This document shows, piece after piece, positions 24,401-37,885 of a stretch of 64,000 nt of DNA. The first letter of the stretch is position 1. Each line of letters opens with the position of its first letter. The notes beneath the pieces are model-generated. The model was not told where the DNA came from. It saw nothing but the letters and a program-made list of their open reading frames with translations, and ran no database searches. A program made the position numbers and the translations under genes. Source of the DNA: a virus (taxonomy: Duplodnaviria > Caudoviricetes); IMG/VR virus record IMGVR_UViG_3300033463_000095, positions 8,017 through 72,016 of that record; one strand, given 5' to 3'.

Positions 24401-27400
24401 AAGAAATAATGTAACTTTAGCAACTATTCACTTACCAATTCATATGTATTTAAATAGATATGGAAATGCGGCAATGAATAGTTGAGATGGAAATTCCATT
24501 GCTATTGATAATGATGGTGGTTTCATTTTAGCACCTCAAGTTGGAGCAGGTAAAAAAGAACAAGATAATTCATTTACAGGTGTATTTATGGGTTCAGTTA
24601 AAGAAGCTGGATCTAGTGAAGAAGAAGTCGGCCTATTTGGATATAATAGCGGTGCCCGCACACTTGAATTGAATTCAAAAGATGGTTCTGCTAAATTTGG
24701 TAAGGTTGGAAAAGGTCAAATTATAATTGAACCAGGTGAAGATAAAGCAGTTATTCAATCTGGTGATTATGAAATGATATTATCTCAAGCCTCAGGTAAA
24801 TATATTGCTGGTAATGTATATTTTAGAAGAGCTGATAATGTATATACTGAGCTTGATGAAGGTACTGATTATCACAATGGAGATAATATTACAGGTGGTA
24901 ACATTTATGTATGAACTGATGGTTCTGGTATGGAAATTGACTTAAATGATCCGCATATTAGATTCGGTAGTGGCAATTTTAGAATTGATTCAGATGGTAA
25001 CGTGTATGCTAAGGGTTATGCTACTATTGCTGAATTGGAAGCTGGAGATGTTAATATCCCTGGTATTGAAAACTGGAAAGCTGAGTACGCTACTGATAGA
25101 GTTCAATTTGAAACAGATTCAACATTAACACCTGTTGACACTAATTTAACAAAAACAATTACAGGTAAATGTTTATATAAAGATAGTTATGTATCTGGTT
25201 ATACAGTTCAATTAGTTGATGCAGGCGGAAATCCAATTACACATGATCAAACTACTGATGGTATTGGAATTTCAACTAATACAACTGGACAAGTATTTAC
25301 AATTAGTTTTAATGCACAATCCCAATATACATGAACTAATGCAGTAAATAATTATAATTTTAAATTTAGTTATACACCTATTGGTAGTACAACTCAAAGT
25401 ATAATTAAACAATTTAGTGCTAATGCAGTTATAATGGCAGAGGATGGAAGAGGTATTACTTCTGTTGAAGTAAGATATCAAAGTGGAATATCTGGAACCA
25501 CTCCTCCTAGTGATGAATCTGGATGGGTAGTAAATCCTCCTAGTGTTGCTCAGGGAAATTATTTATGAACAAGAACTAAAATAAACTATTCAACTGGAAA
25601 TCCTGACATTAGTTATTCAGTTGCCTATATGGGTACTGATGGTCAACAAGGTCAAGCAGGAGCGTCTTCTTATACTTATGTAAGATATTCAATTAATTCA
25701 ACAGGTAATCCAATGGTTGATACTCCAACTAGTGAAACTAAATATGTTGGTATTTATAGTGGAAATAGCTCTACAGTTCCAGCTTATACTGCATTTACTT
25801 GATCTAAGTATGTAGGTGAAAATGGAGCTCCTGGAGTTGGAGTTTCTAACACAGAGGTAAAATATCAAGGAAGCTCTTCTGGAACTACTCCACCTAGTAG
25901 TGAAGCAGGATGGGTAGATGCACCACCTACTGTAACACAAGGAAATTATTTATGAACAAGGGTAAAAATAACTTATACTAATAATACTACTTCAACAAGT
26001 TATTCTGTTTCTTATATTGCAGAAGATGGAACTGCAGGAACTTCTTATTATACATATATAAGATATTCTGCTAATAGTGATGGAAGTAATATGGTTACAA
26101 ATCCAACTAGTTCAACAAAATATATTGGAGTTTATTCAGGAACTAGTTCAACAGTTCCAGCTTACACATCTTTTATTTGGTCTAAATATATGGGAGATAA
26201 TGGTGATAATGGTAGAGGCATTACATCTGTTGTTATTACTTATCAAGAAGGTACTTCTGGAACCACTCCACCAAGTAATGTTAGTGGTTGAGTAAACAAC
26301 CCTCCGAGTGTAACCCCTGGTAACTATTTATGAACAAGAGCTATAACAAATTATACTGATTCAAGTTCTCCTTCTATAAGTTATTCAGTTGCGAGAATGG
26401 GATTAGATGGACAAACTGGAGCTCAAGGGCCTGCGGGACCAGCTGGAAAAGACGGAACTTCAGTTACAGTTAAAGGTTCTTATAATACTTTATCAGATTT
26501 GATTACTGCACATCCAAGTGGCAATACCTTAGGTGATGGATATGTTGTTGGAAACGATTTATATGTATATACAAATGCGGCTGGCGGTGGAGGATCTCAA
26601 ACTGGCGACTGGAATGATGTAGGTCAGTTTAAGGGATTAGATGCAAAGAGATGCTTTATAGTAGCTTCTACTGAGGTATTTAAATCTACAAATGGAGGAA
26701 GTACATTTACTCCAACATCAACAACTATAACTCCTTATTTCCAAGCTGTAAGTTATACAAGTTGAGCTTATAGTACAAATGGAGGAAGTTCATTTACTAC
26801 TATAACAGGAACTGTTAGTGGTATTTCAATTGATAATACTTCAAAAGTTTTAACATTACAAAATTCAAGTACATTATTTAATACAAACTCAACATTAGTA
26901 TTTAAATGTTCTACTGATGATGCTGATGTTTTTGATACTATTACAATTACTAAGATTCAAGATGGTGTAAATGGACGTGGAGTTACTTCTACTTCAGTTA
27001 CATATCAAGCTGGTACAAGTGGCACTGTAGAGCCTTCAGGAACATGGTCTAGTTCAGTCCCATCTGTAAGTACTGGTCAATTTTTATGAACTAAAACAGT
27101 ATTAACCTATACTGATAATACATCTACAACTAGTTATGCAGTTGCATATAGAGGAACAAATGGAACTTCTATTACTATATCAAGTCAAAGTATTCAATAT
27201 GCTCAAGGAGATAGTGGAACTACTGCTCCTAGTAGCGGATGGCAAAGTTCAATACCTTCAGTTGCAGATGGTAAATATTTATGGACTAAAACTACTGTTA
27301 ACTACTCTGATAATACTACAACGACTAGCTATTCAGTATCATATCAAAGTATTGATGGTGTTAATGGAATTAGTGCTACAAATATAGTATGCGGAAATGA

Positions 27401-29828
27401 AGCTCAAGCAATAGTATGTAATGCTAGCGGAAATGTAAGTGCAGCAACAACTATAACAATTCCTTTTGCAGGATATATTGGAAGTAGTAGAGCTGCATGT
27501 TCAGTTACTTATAGTACATTGCCTAGTGGTATCACTTTAACATCTAATACTGCAGCAACAACTAGTGCAGATGGTAGCTTAGTATTAATGGTTGCCGCAA
27601 ATTCGAATCTTGGTGGAACAACTAATGGAGTAATTACATTAACATTTAGTTGTAATTCACAGACTTTTGTTAAAAAATTTAACTGAGCAAAATCTATTGC
27701 AGGAGTAAATGGAACTAATGGAACAAGTCCTTATAATGTTATTTTGACTAACGAATCACAAAGTATTGCTGGTAGTACGACTGCGGCAATAGCTACTACA
27801 ATTACAACTAATGTTCTTGGATATATGGGAACTTCTCAACAAAACACAACTGTTGGAACTATAACTGGACTTCCTACAGGAATGACTGCCGCAATAAGTA
27901 ATAATGGTTCAACAAATACTTCTATTACTTTTACAGTTACTACAAGTATGACAACTAAATCTGGTCAAGTTACAATTCCAGTTACTATGGGATCAACAAC
28001 CATAAATAAAATTTTTAGTTATTCATTAAGTTTAACAGGTGCGACTGGATCTGCAGGAACCGCCGCCAAGGTTGTAAATATTAGTCCTAGTTCACAAATA
28101 TTTAAATCAACAACCGGAGCAAGTGGAACATTTACTCCACAATATATATATTTATATCCTAATTTTCAAGGGTGTAGTTATTCTAAATGGCAATACTCAA
28201 CGGACGGAACTACTTGAACTGATGTAACAAGTGGTTCTAATAGTCTAACTATCGGAACTTATAATTCAATAGCTAATAGTTTGAGAATTGAAAGAAATAG
28301 TAATTTATATACAAGTTCAATTACTTCAGTTTCATTTAAATGCATTTCAAACACTGCAAGTGTTTATGATATTGTTAGTATTGCTAAAATATATGATGTA
28401 ACTGAAATTGAAATAGGTGGAAGGAATTTGATTTTAGGTACAAGTAAAGATGAATGAAGTTTTACTGCTAATATGTCTGATTATTATAAATTTTCTAGTT
28501 ATGCAAAAGAATATATTAAATCAACAGATACATTAACTTTAACATTAGAAGCTAAAGGTAGTGTAGCTATGTGATTTGATATGTATTATAGATCAAGTTC
28601 AACTTCTTACACTAGTGGTTTTTATCCAACATTTCAAGTTACAACAGATTATCAAAAATTTACTTACACTCATTTATCAGCTCAAGATTTAGCAGATATG
28701 ACTTCATTAAGAATTAGACAAAATGCAAGTTCTCACGGTAGCAGTTCTCAACAAGGTACATTATATATTAAAAATTTAAAACTTGAAAAAGGTAATGTAA
28801 ATACAGATTGAACCGCTGCTCCTGAAGATTTAAAAAATAATCAATTATTACAATACGCAACTACAGAAAATGCGGCGGCCCCTGCTAGTGGAGCGTCATG
28901 GTCGCCTTCAGTTCCAATATCTACAGAATATTATATTTGACAAAGAATGCAAACAACTTATGACAATGGAACTATTGAATATAGTACTCCAGTATGTATT
29001 TATACGCCACCAATTCAAATAAGTAGTATTGAAGAGCAATATTTTATTCATACTAGCGATACGACACCGCCATCAGAAAGTTCTACAGAGTGATTAAATA
29101 AAAAACCTGAATGAAAAGATGAATATTATCAACCTTCTACAAGAAGATATTTATGAGTTAGAACTAAATATACTTATACAGGCAATATATCAAAAGTAGA
29201 ATATTCAATACCTTATTATGATCCAACTTGAGAAACCATTTCCGCACTTAATGCATCTATAATTGAAAATGCAGATAAGGTTAATGCGGCAATTAATAAT
29301 GGTTATGTTACAATTAAAGATGGTTATATTGAAATTAAAGACACATCAGATCCAAATAAAGGTATTTTGTTAAGTAAAGAAGGTATTTCATTTAAAATAA
29401 ATAATAATACTTATACTTCTGTATGAGCTCTTGATGGTACATTTAATGCTCAAAGTATTTTAGTTCAAAATTTAAATGCAAGTAATATTTTAAGTGGTAC
29501 GCTAACATTGCAAGAAGCAAATGATTCAACTAATGGAGTATTTGTATTACTAAATGATGGCGGAAATCAAGTTGCAAAAATAGATGTTAATGGTTTAAAG
29601 GTAACTGCTGTTGATGGTAGTTATGTTTATTTAAGAACAGGTGAAGATGATAATACTAAAAAAGGTATTTATTTAGTAGATGCTACTGGAAATACATTTG
29701 TTAGTAGTAATACTACAAATGGAATATTTACAGTAACTAAAGAAGTTATTACTGATTATCAAGAGTTTAGTGGTAATATTAGAATTATTCAACTTGGTAA
29801 TCGTGGAATTGGATTTATTGGAATCTAA
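21471..29828 (+). CDS. Giant tail/host-specificity protein (~2790 aa, many TGA=Trp)
   Basis: Ten track ORFs from 21456 to 29828 lie in one frame. Contains repeated YQ.G.SGT.PPS..W....P.V..G.YLWT modules, collagen-like G-X-X linkers and a GGRNL...KLEKG...DWTAAPED carbohydrate-binding-like domain. Not every gap between track ORFs was checked codon by codon. Confidence 0.8.
25440..27360 (+). repeat. Five imperfect ~60-65-aa repeats within the giant tail protein
   Basis: YLWT motif at 25560, 25947, 26325, 27081 and 27276; two copies of a Y..RYS...PTS.TKY.G.YSG.SSTVPAYT.F.WSKY spacer. Confidence 0.8.
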
Positions 29829-29849
29829 TAAAAGGAGGAAAAAGGATTT

Positions 29850-32249
29850 ATGGCAACATTTTTACAAGAAGTTAATTTAGATGGATGAGCTGGTGGGAAT
29901 TTTTATTTAAAATTAACTTATGATTTATTATCTCAAAGCGTTGAAAATAATAAGTCTACAGTTCGTTATTATGAATATGTTGGCTCAAGAAATGGATGAT
30001 CTGGTTGGGGAGCTGATGCGAGCGGTTATATTAACGATGCTTGAGTTGGTTCCACAACTTCTATTGGTACAAACTCTGAAGTTTATTTAGGTTATAAAGA
30101 TATTGAATATACTCATAATACTGATGGTACTAAAACTGCAAATTATAAAGCGGGTTTTTATACTTCTTGGGATGGTGTAGGTGGAGCTACTTTTGAAGGT
30201 ACCTTCACTTTACCAACTATTCCTAGATATTTTAGTTCGGATCCAGTATTTACATTGAGTAAAAACAATGAAACTAGTTTTTCAGTTAGTTGAACAACAC
30301 CTGAAAATTGTAGTAAAGTTAGATATAGTTTAAATAATGGGGCATCATGAACAACAGCTCAAAGTAGTATAAATACTACATCAGGAACTTTTACTATTTC
30401 TGGATTAACTGCGGGAACCCTATATAATATAGTTGGAGAATTCACAAGAAAAGATAGTAGTTTAACTAGTAATGTTACTTCACAACAAACTACTTATAGT
30501 TATCCTTATATTAGTGCAATTACGCCTACAGCAGGGTCGGTATGGAATATGAGTGGAAGTTCACAAAATGTATCTGCAACAATTTATAATCCATTAAGTA
30601 GAAGTATAAAAGCTTATATTTCAGTTAATACTACTTCTGGAACGAAAGTAGTAACTTTTACTACCGGAACTGGAACAAGCTTTTCTAGCTCAATGACTAA
30701 ATCGACTGTTAATAATGCTATTACAACAGCTCAATCAGCTACTCTAATTTATTGATGTGAATATTCAACTGATGGAACTAATTATACAACTAGTGGAACA
30801 ACAGTTACTAATACTTACCAGTTAAGAGAAGCAGATTGCAAACCTACAATAAGTAATTTCACTTATGATGATGGAAATTCAACTACTAAAAGTGTTATTG
30901 GTAATAGTGGACAGACATTAGTTCAAAATTATAGTATTTTAAAAGCGAAAGTTGGAACAGCTACTTATCAATATGGTGCTACTTTTAAATCTATGACTAT
31001 TACATTAGGTAGTAAAACAGTTGCGGCAACCATTAATACTGCGGCAGAACTTGGTAAATTTAATTATTCATCTGCTCAAACTATGAGTGCAACAATTACA
31101 GATTCTCGTGGATGAACCCATACAATAACTAAATCTGTTACATTTGTTGGTTACTCTCCTCCGCAAGTTAGTGTTTCAGCGCAGCGTACAGGTGGATATG
31201 GTACTGCGGCAACATTTACAGTTAATGCAAGTTATACAAATATTACTATTGGCGAAACTCAAAAAAATGCTTGATCAAATAGCAGTACTGCATATGTAAG
31301 ATACGCGATATCACCTGCGCCATCGACTCCCGCCGCAACTGGTAATGTAAGTAATGCAAATCCAGTTAATGATGTTGTTACTAATATAACTGGTGCAGAT
31401 AATGATACTACTTATACAATTACTATTTATGCTAATGATAAAATTACTAGTGCAACAGCAACTGCTACTTTTGGTAAAGGTCAACCTATTTTAGGCGTAT
31501 TTAAAGATAATCAAACAGTTGGTGTAAATAGAATTCCTGAAACAACTGATGCTTCTGGTTTATATGTTACAGGAGTTACTAATTTAAATGGTGCGACTAC
31601 TATTACAGGTGCTACAGGTATAACTGGAAATACAACTATCACAGGAAATTTAAGTAATGTAACAGGAACTGCTAAAATAACTGGTGCGACTACAACTGCG
31701 GCAATCACTGCCAGTGGAAAAATTACTGCAAATAATACAACTGCAAGTACTTCTACCACTACTGGTTCTATAATATGTAAAGGTGGAGTTGGAATTGCTA
31801 AAAATAGCTATTTTGGTGGTAATATAAATGTTACTAGTAATGCAACTATAGGAGGAACATTAACAGTAAATTCTAAAACATTGTTAGATTGAACTCATCC
31901 TGTAGGTAGTATTTATATTTCTACTGTTTCAACCAGTCCCGCAACATTATTTGGTGGAACTTGAACACAAATAAAAGATACTTTCTTACTTACCGCAGGT
32001 GATACATATACAGCTGGAGATACTGGTGGAGAAGCTACACATCTATTAACAATAGATGAAATGCCTAGTCATAATCATAATAATTTGAAACCTAGATGAA
32101 ATACTAATCCTGGAGCCAATGCCGTTTACGGTTCTACTGGTGAAGGTTCTGGTGCTCAATATGATTATTTATTTTATTCAGGCGGCGATCAACCTCACAA
32201 TAATATGCCACCTTATCAAGTAGTATATGCATGAGAAAGAACAGCTTAA
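29850..32249 (+). CDS. Tail fibre/baseplate protein (DUF859-like N-terminus, FN3-like domain, beta-helix repeats, collar-like C-terminus)
   Basis: 799 aa via TGA=Trp. C-terminus HPVGSIYISTVSTSPATLFGGT-W...DEMPSHNH...HNNMPPYQVVYA-W-ERTA is typical of phage tail proteins. Confidence 0.7.
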
Positions 32250-32259
32250 TTTATAATTG

Positions 32260-32293
32260 GGTAATTTAGGTTAATCTAAGTTACCTTTTTTTT
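32260..32293 (+). terminator. Intrinsic terminator
   Basis: GGTAATTTAG...CTAAGTTACC stem followed by a T run. Confidence 0.7.
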
Positions 32294-32318
32294 ATATTAT
32301 TAAAAAGGAGGAAATATT

Positions 32319-32681
32319 ATGTTTATAATAGATGGAGATACTTTTCATGTTACATGAGGAGATAAAGGTTCATTTGATTTAACATTTGAAGATTATACTT
32401 TTCAACCTGATGATGAGGTTTATTTAAGAGTATATGAAGAAGATGCTATGGATGAAGAACCTGTCTTAGATAAAAAATTAGTGGTAGATGCGGCAACTGA
32501 TACTGTTACTATGAATTTATTAAAAGCAGATACTAAACTAGGCGAACCAAGCAATGAAAGACAAACTTATTGATATGAAATTACATTAGGTCACGATGGT
32601 TCAATTCCAGATCAAACACCATTTTGTTTTAATGATAAGGGACCTAAGTTATTCTACATATATCCAGGAGGTGTTGAATAA
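32319..32681 (+). CDS. BppU-like Ig-fold baseplate adaptor (putative)
   Basis: 120 aa, two TGA=Trp (HVT-W-GDKG, QTY-W-YEI), strong RBS. Missing from the track. Confidence 0.6.
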
Positions 32682-35299
32682 TGGCAGGAAGTGCTAATTC
32701 AATAGTTGCACGTAATGTATTAAAAGGTACTCTTAATGCAAATAATTTAATGGAAGGACATGTAGATACCGCTTTTAATCCTACTTATGCTCTTGTAGAT
32801 GAAGCAGGCAATCAAATTGCTTTATATATTGATAGTTCTAATTATCAATTTTATGCAGAATTAAAAGATAAAAATGGTAATCATATAAATAGTTCCAATA
32901 TTATTGATTTACCTCTTGAATCAATGGTTGTAAATGGAAGTTATGATGCTGAAACTAAAGAAGTTGTACTTACACTTAACAATGGTAATGAAGTAAGATT
33001 TAGTGTAGCAGATTTAGTTGAAGGTTTAGTTAGTACTGAACAATTAACTACTATATTAGGAGACTATGTTAAATTTACTAATTATGCTGGTAATAGTATA
33101 AGTGGAGTATTTAAAACATCTAATGACTATGCAACAGAAACAAATAATGGTATATTAACCTCACAAACTAAAACTTATTCAGAGTACAATAATTTAAACA
33201 ATAATGCTTTTATTTCAAAAAGTACTCTTGAAAATGTAATAACAGGTAAGGAATTAACTAATAAAACATATGTTGATAATGCAGATGCAGTATTTGAAGA
33301 AGATTTATTTGGTAATGAAACTGTTAGTGGTAGTGGAGAAACTATTACCTTAAATAATACTACTGATAAAACACCACTAAAAATAGACTTAAAAGGTAAT
33401 ACTTATCAAAATGGAGAGCCAACACCAGATACACCAATAGGCATACACGTAGTAAGTGGAGATAACTCTATTAAGGTAGAGGGGAAGAATTTTGCTTACT
33501 TTCCTAATGGAACTGACACAAAAAACGGAATAGATTTAACAGCACAAAATGGAATTGTAACATTAAACAATACTGCTACAGCAAATGCAATTTTTAATTT
33601 TGCATTACCACATTATATTGAAAGTAATACTGTATGTACTATATCATTAAATAACTCAACAATTAATACAGGAGTAAGTGTAAGACTATATGGAGAAACA
33701 ACAGGAGATACTGAAACATCTTCAAATACGGAAGCAGATACTATAAATAAAACCAATACATTTACAACTACAAAAATATGTAAAGGTATAGGAGTTAGAG
33801 TAGGAAACGGAAAAACGGTAAATAATTTTGAATTAAAAATACAATTAGAAAAAAAAGATAGTGCAACCTCATACACCCCTTATGTATCACAAAGCTATCC
33901 TATAAATATTGGTTATGATTTACCAAGTGATTATCAGCAAGTGGAATATATTGAAACTGATGGAAATCAATATATAGATACAGGTTATTACTTAAATTCC
34001 AACAATCTTAATATAAAAACAAAAATATATACTCCAAATATACCAAGTGCAGAACAAGATATCTTGTCAAATCAAGATGAAACAACAGGAAGATTTGTAT
34101 TAGGATTATTTTCTAAAAGAGTATTTGGTTATAGTAAATATGGTTCAAGTAGTCCAGAAACTAATGTTTTCTCACCTTTTTATAATGGAGAAGCGACATT
34201 AGATATTGAAATGGATTATAATAGTGCAACACAAATAAAAACATTGATAGTTAATGGAGAAACTAATACAGAATCTTTTAAAAATAGTATTTCTAATTCA
34301 AATCAAAATATAAGATTATTTTGGAATACGTCAGTAAGCTCAACAACTGCACATTTCATAGGTAAAATATATTCAATGCAAATAAAAATTGATAATAGCT
34401 TGAAATTTAAATTTATTCCTTGTTATAGAAAAAGTAATAATGAAATAGGTCTATATGATTTAGTAAGCAATACTTTCTTTATAAATCAAGGTACTGGAAC
34501 ATTCACAAAAGGAAATGATATACCCAATGGAATGGAACTATGTAAAATAGGAACATACCAAGATTATATAGTAAAAGATAATGGTAAATGGTACTTAAAA
34601 AAGGAAATAGGTAAAGTTGTATTGGATGGTAGTGAGGATTGGAATGTTTCTTCTTATTGGGGAAAAATTAATACTAATGTATATTATGCTACTACTAAAA
34701 ATGATATATATTTTCCTGATTGGACTAGCAATTATTGTCTATCTAATTATTTTACAACGTATGCAAGAAGTGCTTTATATTTTCTTGATGAAGATGGTTT
34801 TGGTTTTAGTGGAACAGGTGGAATAACAAACCCAAGTTTTACTATAAGAATTGATAAAACATTAGCAAGTGACACTCAAAACTTTCAAACTTGGTTATCA
34901 ACACATAACACAATAGTCTATTATGTACTAGCAACACCAACTTATGAAGAAATAACCGATAGTACACTTATTAATCAATTAAATGCTTTAGAAAAAGCAA
35001 ATTCTTACGATAATCAAACTAACATTTCACAAGTGAATAACGATATGCCATTTGAACTTGCGGTAACCGCCTTTATAGATAGTACTGCGGGTAAGTTAGC
35101 AGCAGCTGCCGCACAAATTAACACTCTTAATGAGGTAGATGATAATTTATCAGCTAACAAAGAAGATAAATCAAATAAAGTAGCAACCATTTCCGCATCA
35201 AGTACAGATACAGAATATCCTACAGCAAAATGTGTATATGATATAATTGGAGATATAGAAACCCTATTAACAACTCTTGATATTGGAAGCGGGGTGTAA
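32681..35299 (+). CDS. Tail fibre/receptor-binding protein 1 with a ConA/LamG-like lectin domain
   Basis: 872 aa. Module QQVEYIETDGNQYIDTG...FIPCYRKSNNEIGLYDLVSNTFF. No TGA. Confidence 0.7.
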   Translation: MAGSANSIVARNVLKGTLNANNLMEGHVDTAFNPTYALVDEAGNQIALYIDSSNYQFYAELKDKNGNHINSSNIIDLPLESMVVNGSYDAETKEVVLTLNNGNEVRFSVADLVEGLVSTEQLTTILGDYVKFTNYAGNSISGVFKTSNDYATETNNGILTSQTKTYSEYNNLNNNAFISKSTLENVITGKELTNKTYVDNADAVFEEDLFGNETVSGSGETITLNNTTDKTPLKIDLKGNTYQNGEPTPDTPIGIHVVSGDNSIKVEGKNFAYFPNGTDTKNGIDLTAQNGIVTLNNTATANAIFNFALPHYIESNTVCTISLNNSTINTGVSVRLYGETTGDTETSSNTEADTINKTNTFTTTKICKGIGVRVGNGKTVNNFELKIQLEKKDSATSYTPYVSQSYPINIGYDLPSDYQQVEYIETDGNQYIDTGYYLNSNNLNIKTKIYTPNIPSAEQDILSNQDETTGRFVLGLFSKRVFGYSKYGSSSPETNVFSPFYNGEATLDIEMDYNSATQIKTLIVNGETNTESFKNSISNSNQNIRLFWNTSVSSTTAHFIGKIYSMQIKIDNSLKFKFIPCYRKSNNEIGLYDLVSNTFFINQGTGTFTKGNDIPNGMELCKIGTYQDYIVKDNGKWYLKKEIGKVVLDGSEDWNVSSYWGKINTNVYYATTKNDIYFPDWTSNYCLSNYFTTYARSALYFLDEDGFGFSGTGGITNPSFTIRIDKTLASDTQNFQTWLSTHNTIVYYVLATPTYEEITDSTLINQLNALEKANSYDNQTNISQVNNDMPFELAVTAFIDSTAGKLAAAAAQINTLNEVDDNLSANKEDKSNKVATISASSTDTEYPTAKCVYDIIGDIETLLTTLDIGSGV

Positions 35300-35301
35300 T
35301 A

Positions 35302-37722
35302 ATGAGTATAGCAAGTAGAATTGAGACCATAGAAGAACATATTAGTAATATCTATGACACACTGGAATTAGGCGGTGCAGATTTAACTAATGTAGATAAA
35401 AATATAATTAATATTGATGCTGAATGGAAAAATAGATTAAAAGATTATTTAGCTAATGGTATTGAAGTAATATGAGATAATTGAGAAAAAGTAGTAGGAG
35501 AAGGAACTCAATTAAATTTAACCCCAACAATAAAAGGCAAAATGAAAATAGATTTAAAAGGAAATACAAAACAATCAATTCTTCCTAGCGGTTATACACA
35601 AGTAGAATATATTGAAACAAGTGGAACACAATATATAGATACAGGTTATTATCTAAATTCTAACAATATTAATATAAAAACAAAAATATATACTCCAAGT
35701 ATGCCAAATGAAGAACAAGATATTTTATCAAATCAAGATTATACAACAGGTAGATTTACTCTAGGTTTATATAATTATCATGTATTTGGTTATTCAAGAA
35801 ATGCAAACAACGGTGAAGCTAATGTTGATTCTTCAACATTTAGTGGAGGTCAAACATTAGATATTGAATTAGATTATAATTGGACAACTAATAAAAAAAC
35901 ATTAATAGTAAATGGAAATACAACAACAGCAAATTATGTTTGGAGTATTATAAATTCAAATAGAACCATTAAAGTATTAAGAAATGGTGCAGAAGATAAC
36001 CCCGTTGTAAATGCTTTCATAGGTAAAATGTACTCAATGCAAATAAAAGTAGATAATCAATTAAAGTTTGATTTTATTCCTTGTTATAGAAATAGTGATA
36101 ATGAAATAGGACTATATGACCTAGTAGGAAATCAATTTTACACAAATGCAGGGACAGGAACATTTACAAAAGGAAGCAATGCACCAACACCAGAAACACC
36201 AGTAGACATACAAGTAGTAAGTGGAGATAACTCTATTAATGTATTTGGTTTACAACAATGCGTTCCTTATACACACACAAGAACTGCTGGAAGTTTTACA
36301 TTTACAACAAATGAAGACGGAACAATAACTGCAAATGGAACTTCAAGTTCAAGTTTTGCATCAATAACGGTTGCAAATGCACAAAGTTATTTGTTCACAT
36401 TACAAGCAGGAACATATACTTTAAGTGGCGGATATAATAGTAATCTATTTGTTCAAATTGCAAATAATAGTGGTACTGCATTAGCTTATTCAGGAACAAC
36501 AAATGAAACTTTTACATTAACAGAAGCAACACAAGTTTATTATCGTGCTTATGTAAATAGTGGAACAAGTGTAAGCAATATTACATTAAAACCAATGCTA
36601 GTAAAAGGAAGTGTAGCAAAACCATTTGAAGCATATCAAAGTCAAACTTATCCTGTTAATTTAGGAAATATAGAACTATGTAAAATAGGAACATATCAAG
36701 ACTATATAAGTAAATATAAAGATATGATAAAAGTACCAAGTGGATATACACAAGTAGAATATATACAAAGTAGTGGAACTCAATATATTGATACTGGACA
36801 TAAAGCAACAAATAAAACACAAGTAGAAGCAAAATTATACACTACTGAAACAGGAAATAAAAACTGGTTTGGTGGGAGTGCTAGTTTACCAAGTTATTTT
36901 ATATTTGATTCTTTTTCTTCAAATCAAATTGAATATAGATATGACAATATGAATAATTGGAGTACATTAACAATTCAAAATAATGTCGTTAATAGAGATT
37001 TTATAGTTAAATTTGGTAATGGAATATTAGATATAGATAATGTTAATTATGCACAATTATCAACAGACACATTTCAAGATACATTAAATTTATGCTTATT
37101 TGTTAGAAATGGTGGAAGTTCATATATAAGTGGTAGAATTTATTATTTTAAAATATATGAAGATAATACATTAGTAAGAGATTTCATACCATGTAAAAGA
37201 AACAACGATAACGCAGTAGGACTATATGATTTAGTAAGTAATACTTTCTATGAAAATAGTGGAACAGGTTCATTTACTTATGGTAGAGAAGTAGGTAGTT
37301 GGTACAAGTATGGTGCTATTGGTAAAGTAATATTTACAGGTGCAAGTTCAGAGGGTTGGAGTACACAAACAAATTATCATCAATCTCCTCTTTCTAATCG
37401 TGGAATAGCAAATAACGCATTAACTACTCATTTTTCTTTAACAAGTACAAATGGTTTTACTACAACATCAGGTTATATAAGAATATGGGATAAAACAAAA
37501 TTCCCTACTGAAAGTGATTTAACAACTTGGTTAGGAACTAATAATACGACACTTTACTATGCGTTAGAAACACCAACATATACACAAATAACAGATAATA
37601 CTTTAATAGGACAGTTAAACGATTTAGAAAAAGCAAAATCTTACGATAATCAAACTAATGTTAGTCAAGTAAACAATGATAAACCTTTTATTATTGATGC
37701 AATAGCTTTAAAAAATATATAA
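35302..37722 (+). CDS. Tail fibre/receptor-binding protein 2 with two lectin-like domains
   Basis: ATG 35302 is in frame with ORF 35542-37722 through two TGA (EVI-W-DN-W-EK). Paralogous to 32681-35299. Confidence 0.7.
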
Positions 37723-37813
37723 TAGGGTAATAATAATTAATTATATTAATTAAAAAATAAAATACATTAAGAGAAAGAGAATTGAATAAAAATATATAAA
37801 AGGAGGAAAATTT

Positions 37814-37885
37814 ATGAGTAAGTCAGGAATTGAAAATGTTGAAATAACTGGTCAAGTTTCTGGAGAAGAAGGAGGGGAAGAATAG
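37814..37885 (+). CDS. 23-aa acidic leader ORF
   Basis: AAGGAGG RBS, MSKSGIENVEITGQVSGEEGGEE; its TAG overlaps the endolysin GTG. Confidence 0.4.
   Translation: MSKSGIENVEITGQVSGEEGGEE

Noticed and set aside
25440-37722. CRISPR array or diversity-generating retroelement in the tail repeats
   Set aside because: The repeats are protein-coding and degenerate, differences are not adenine-specific, and no cas or reverse transcriptase gene is in the window.
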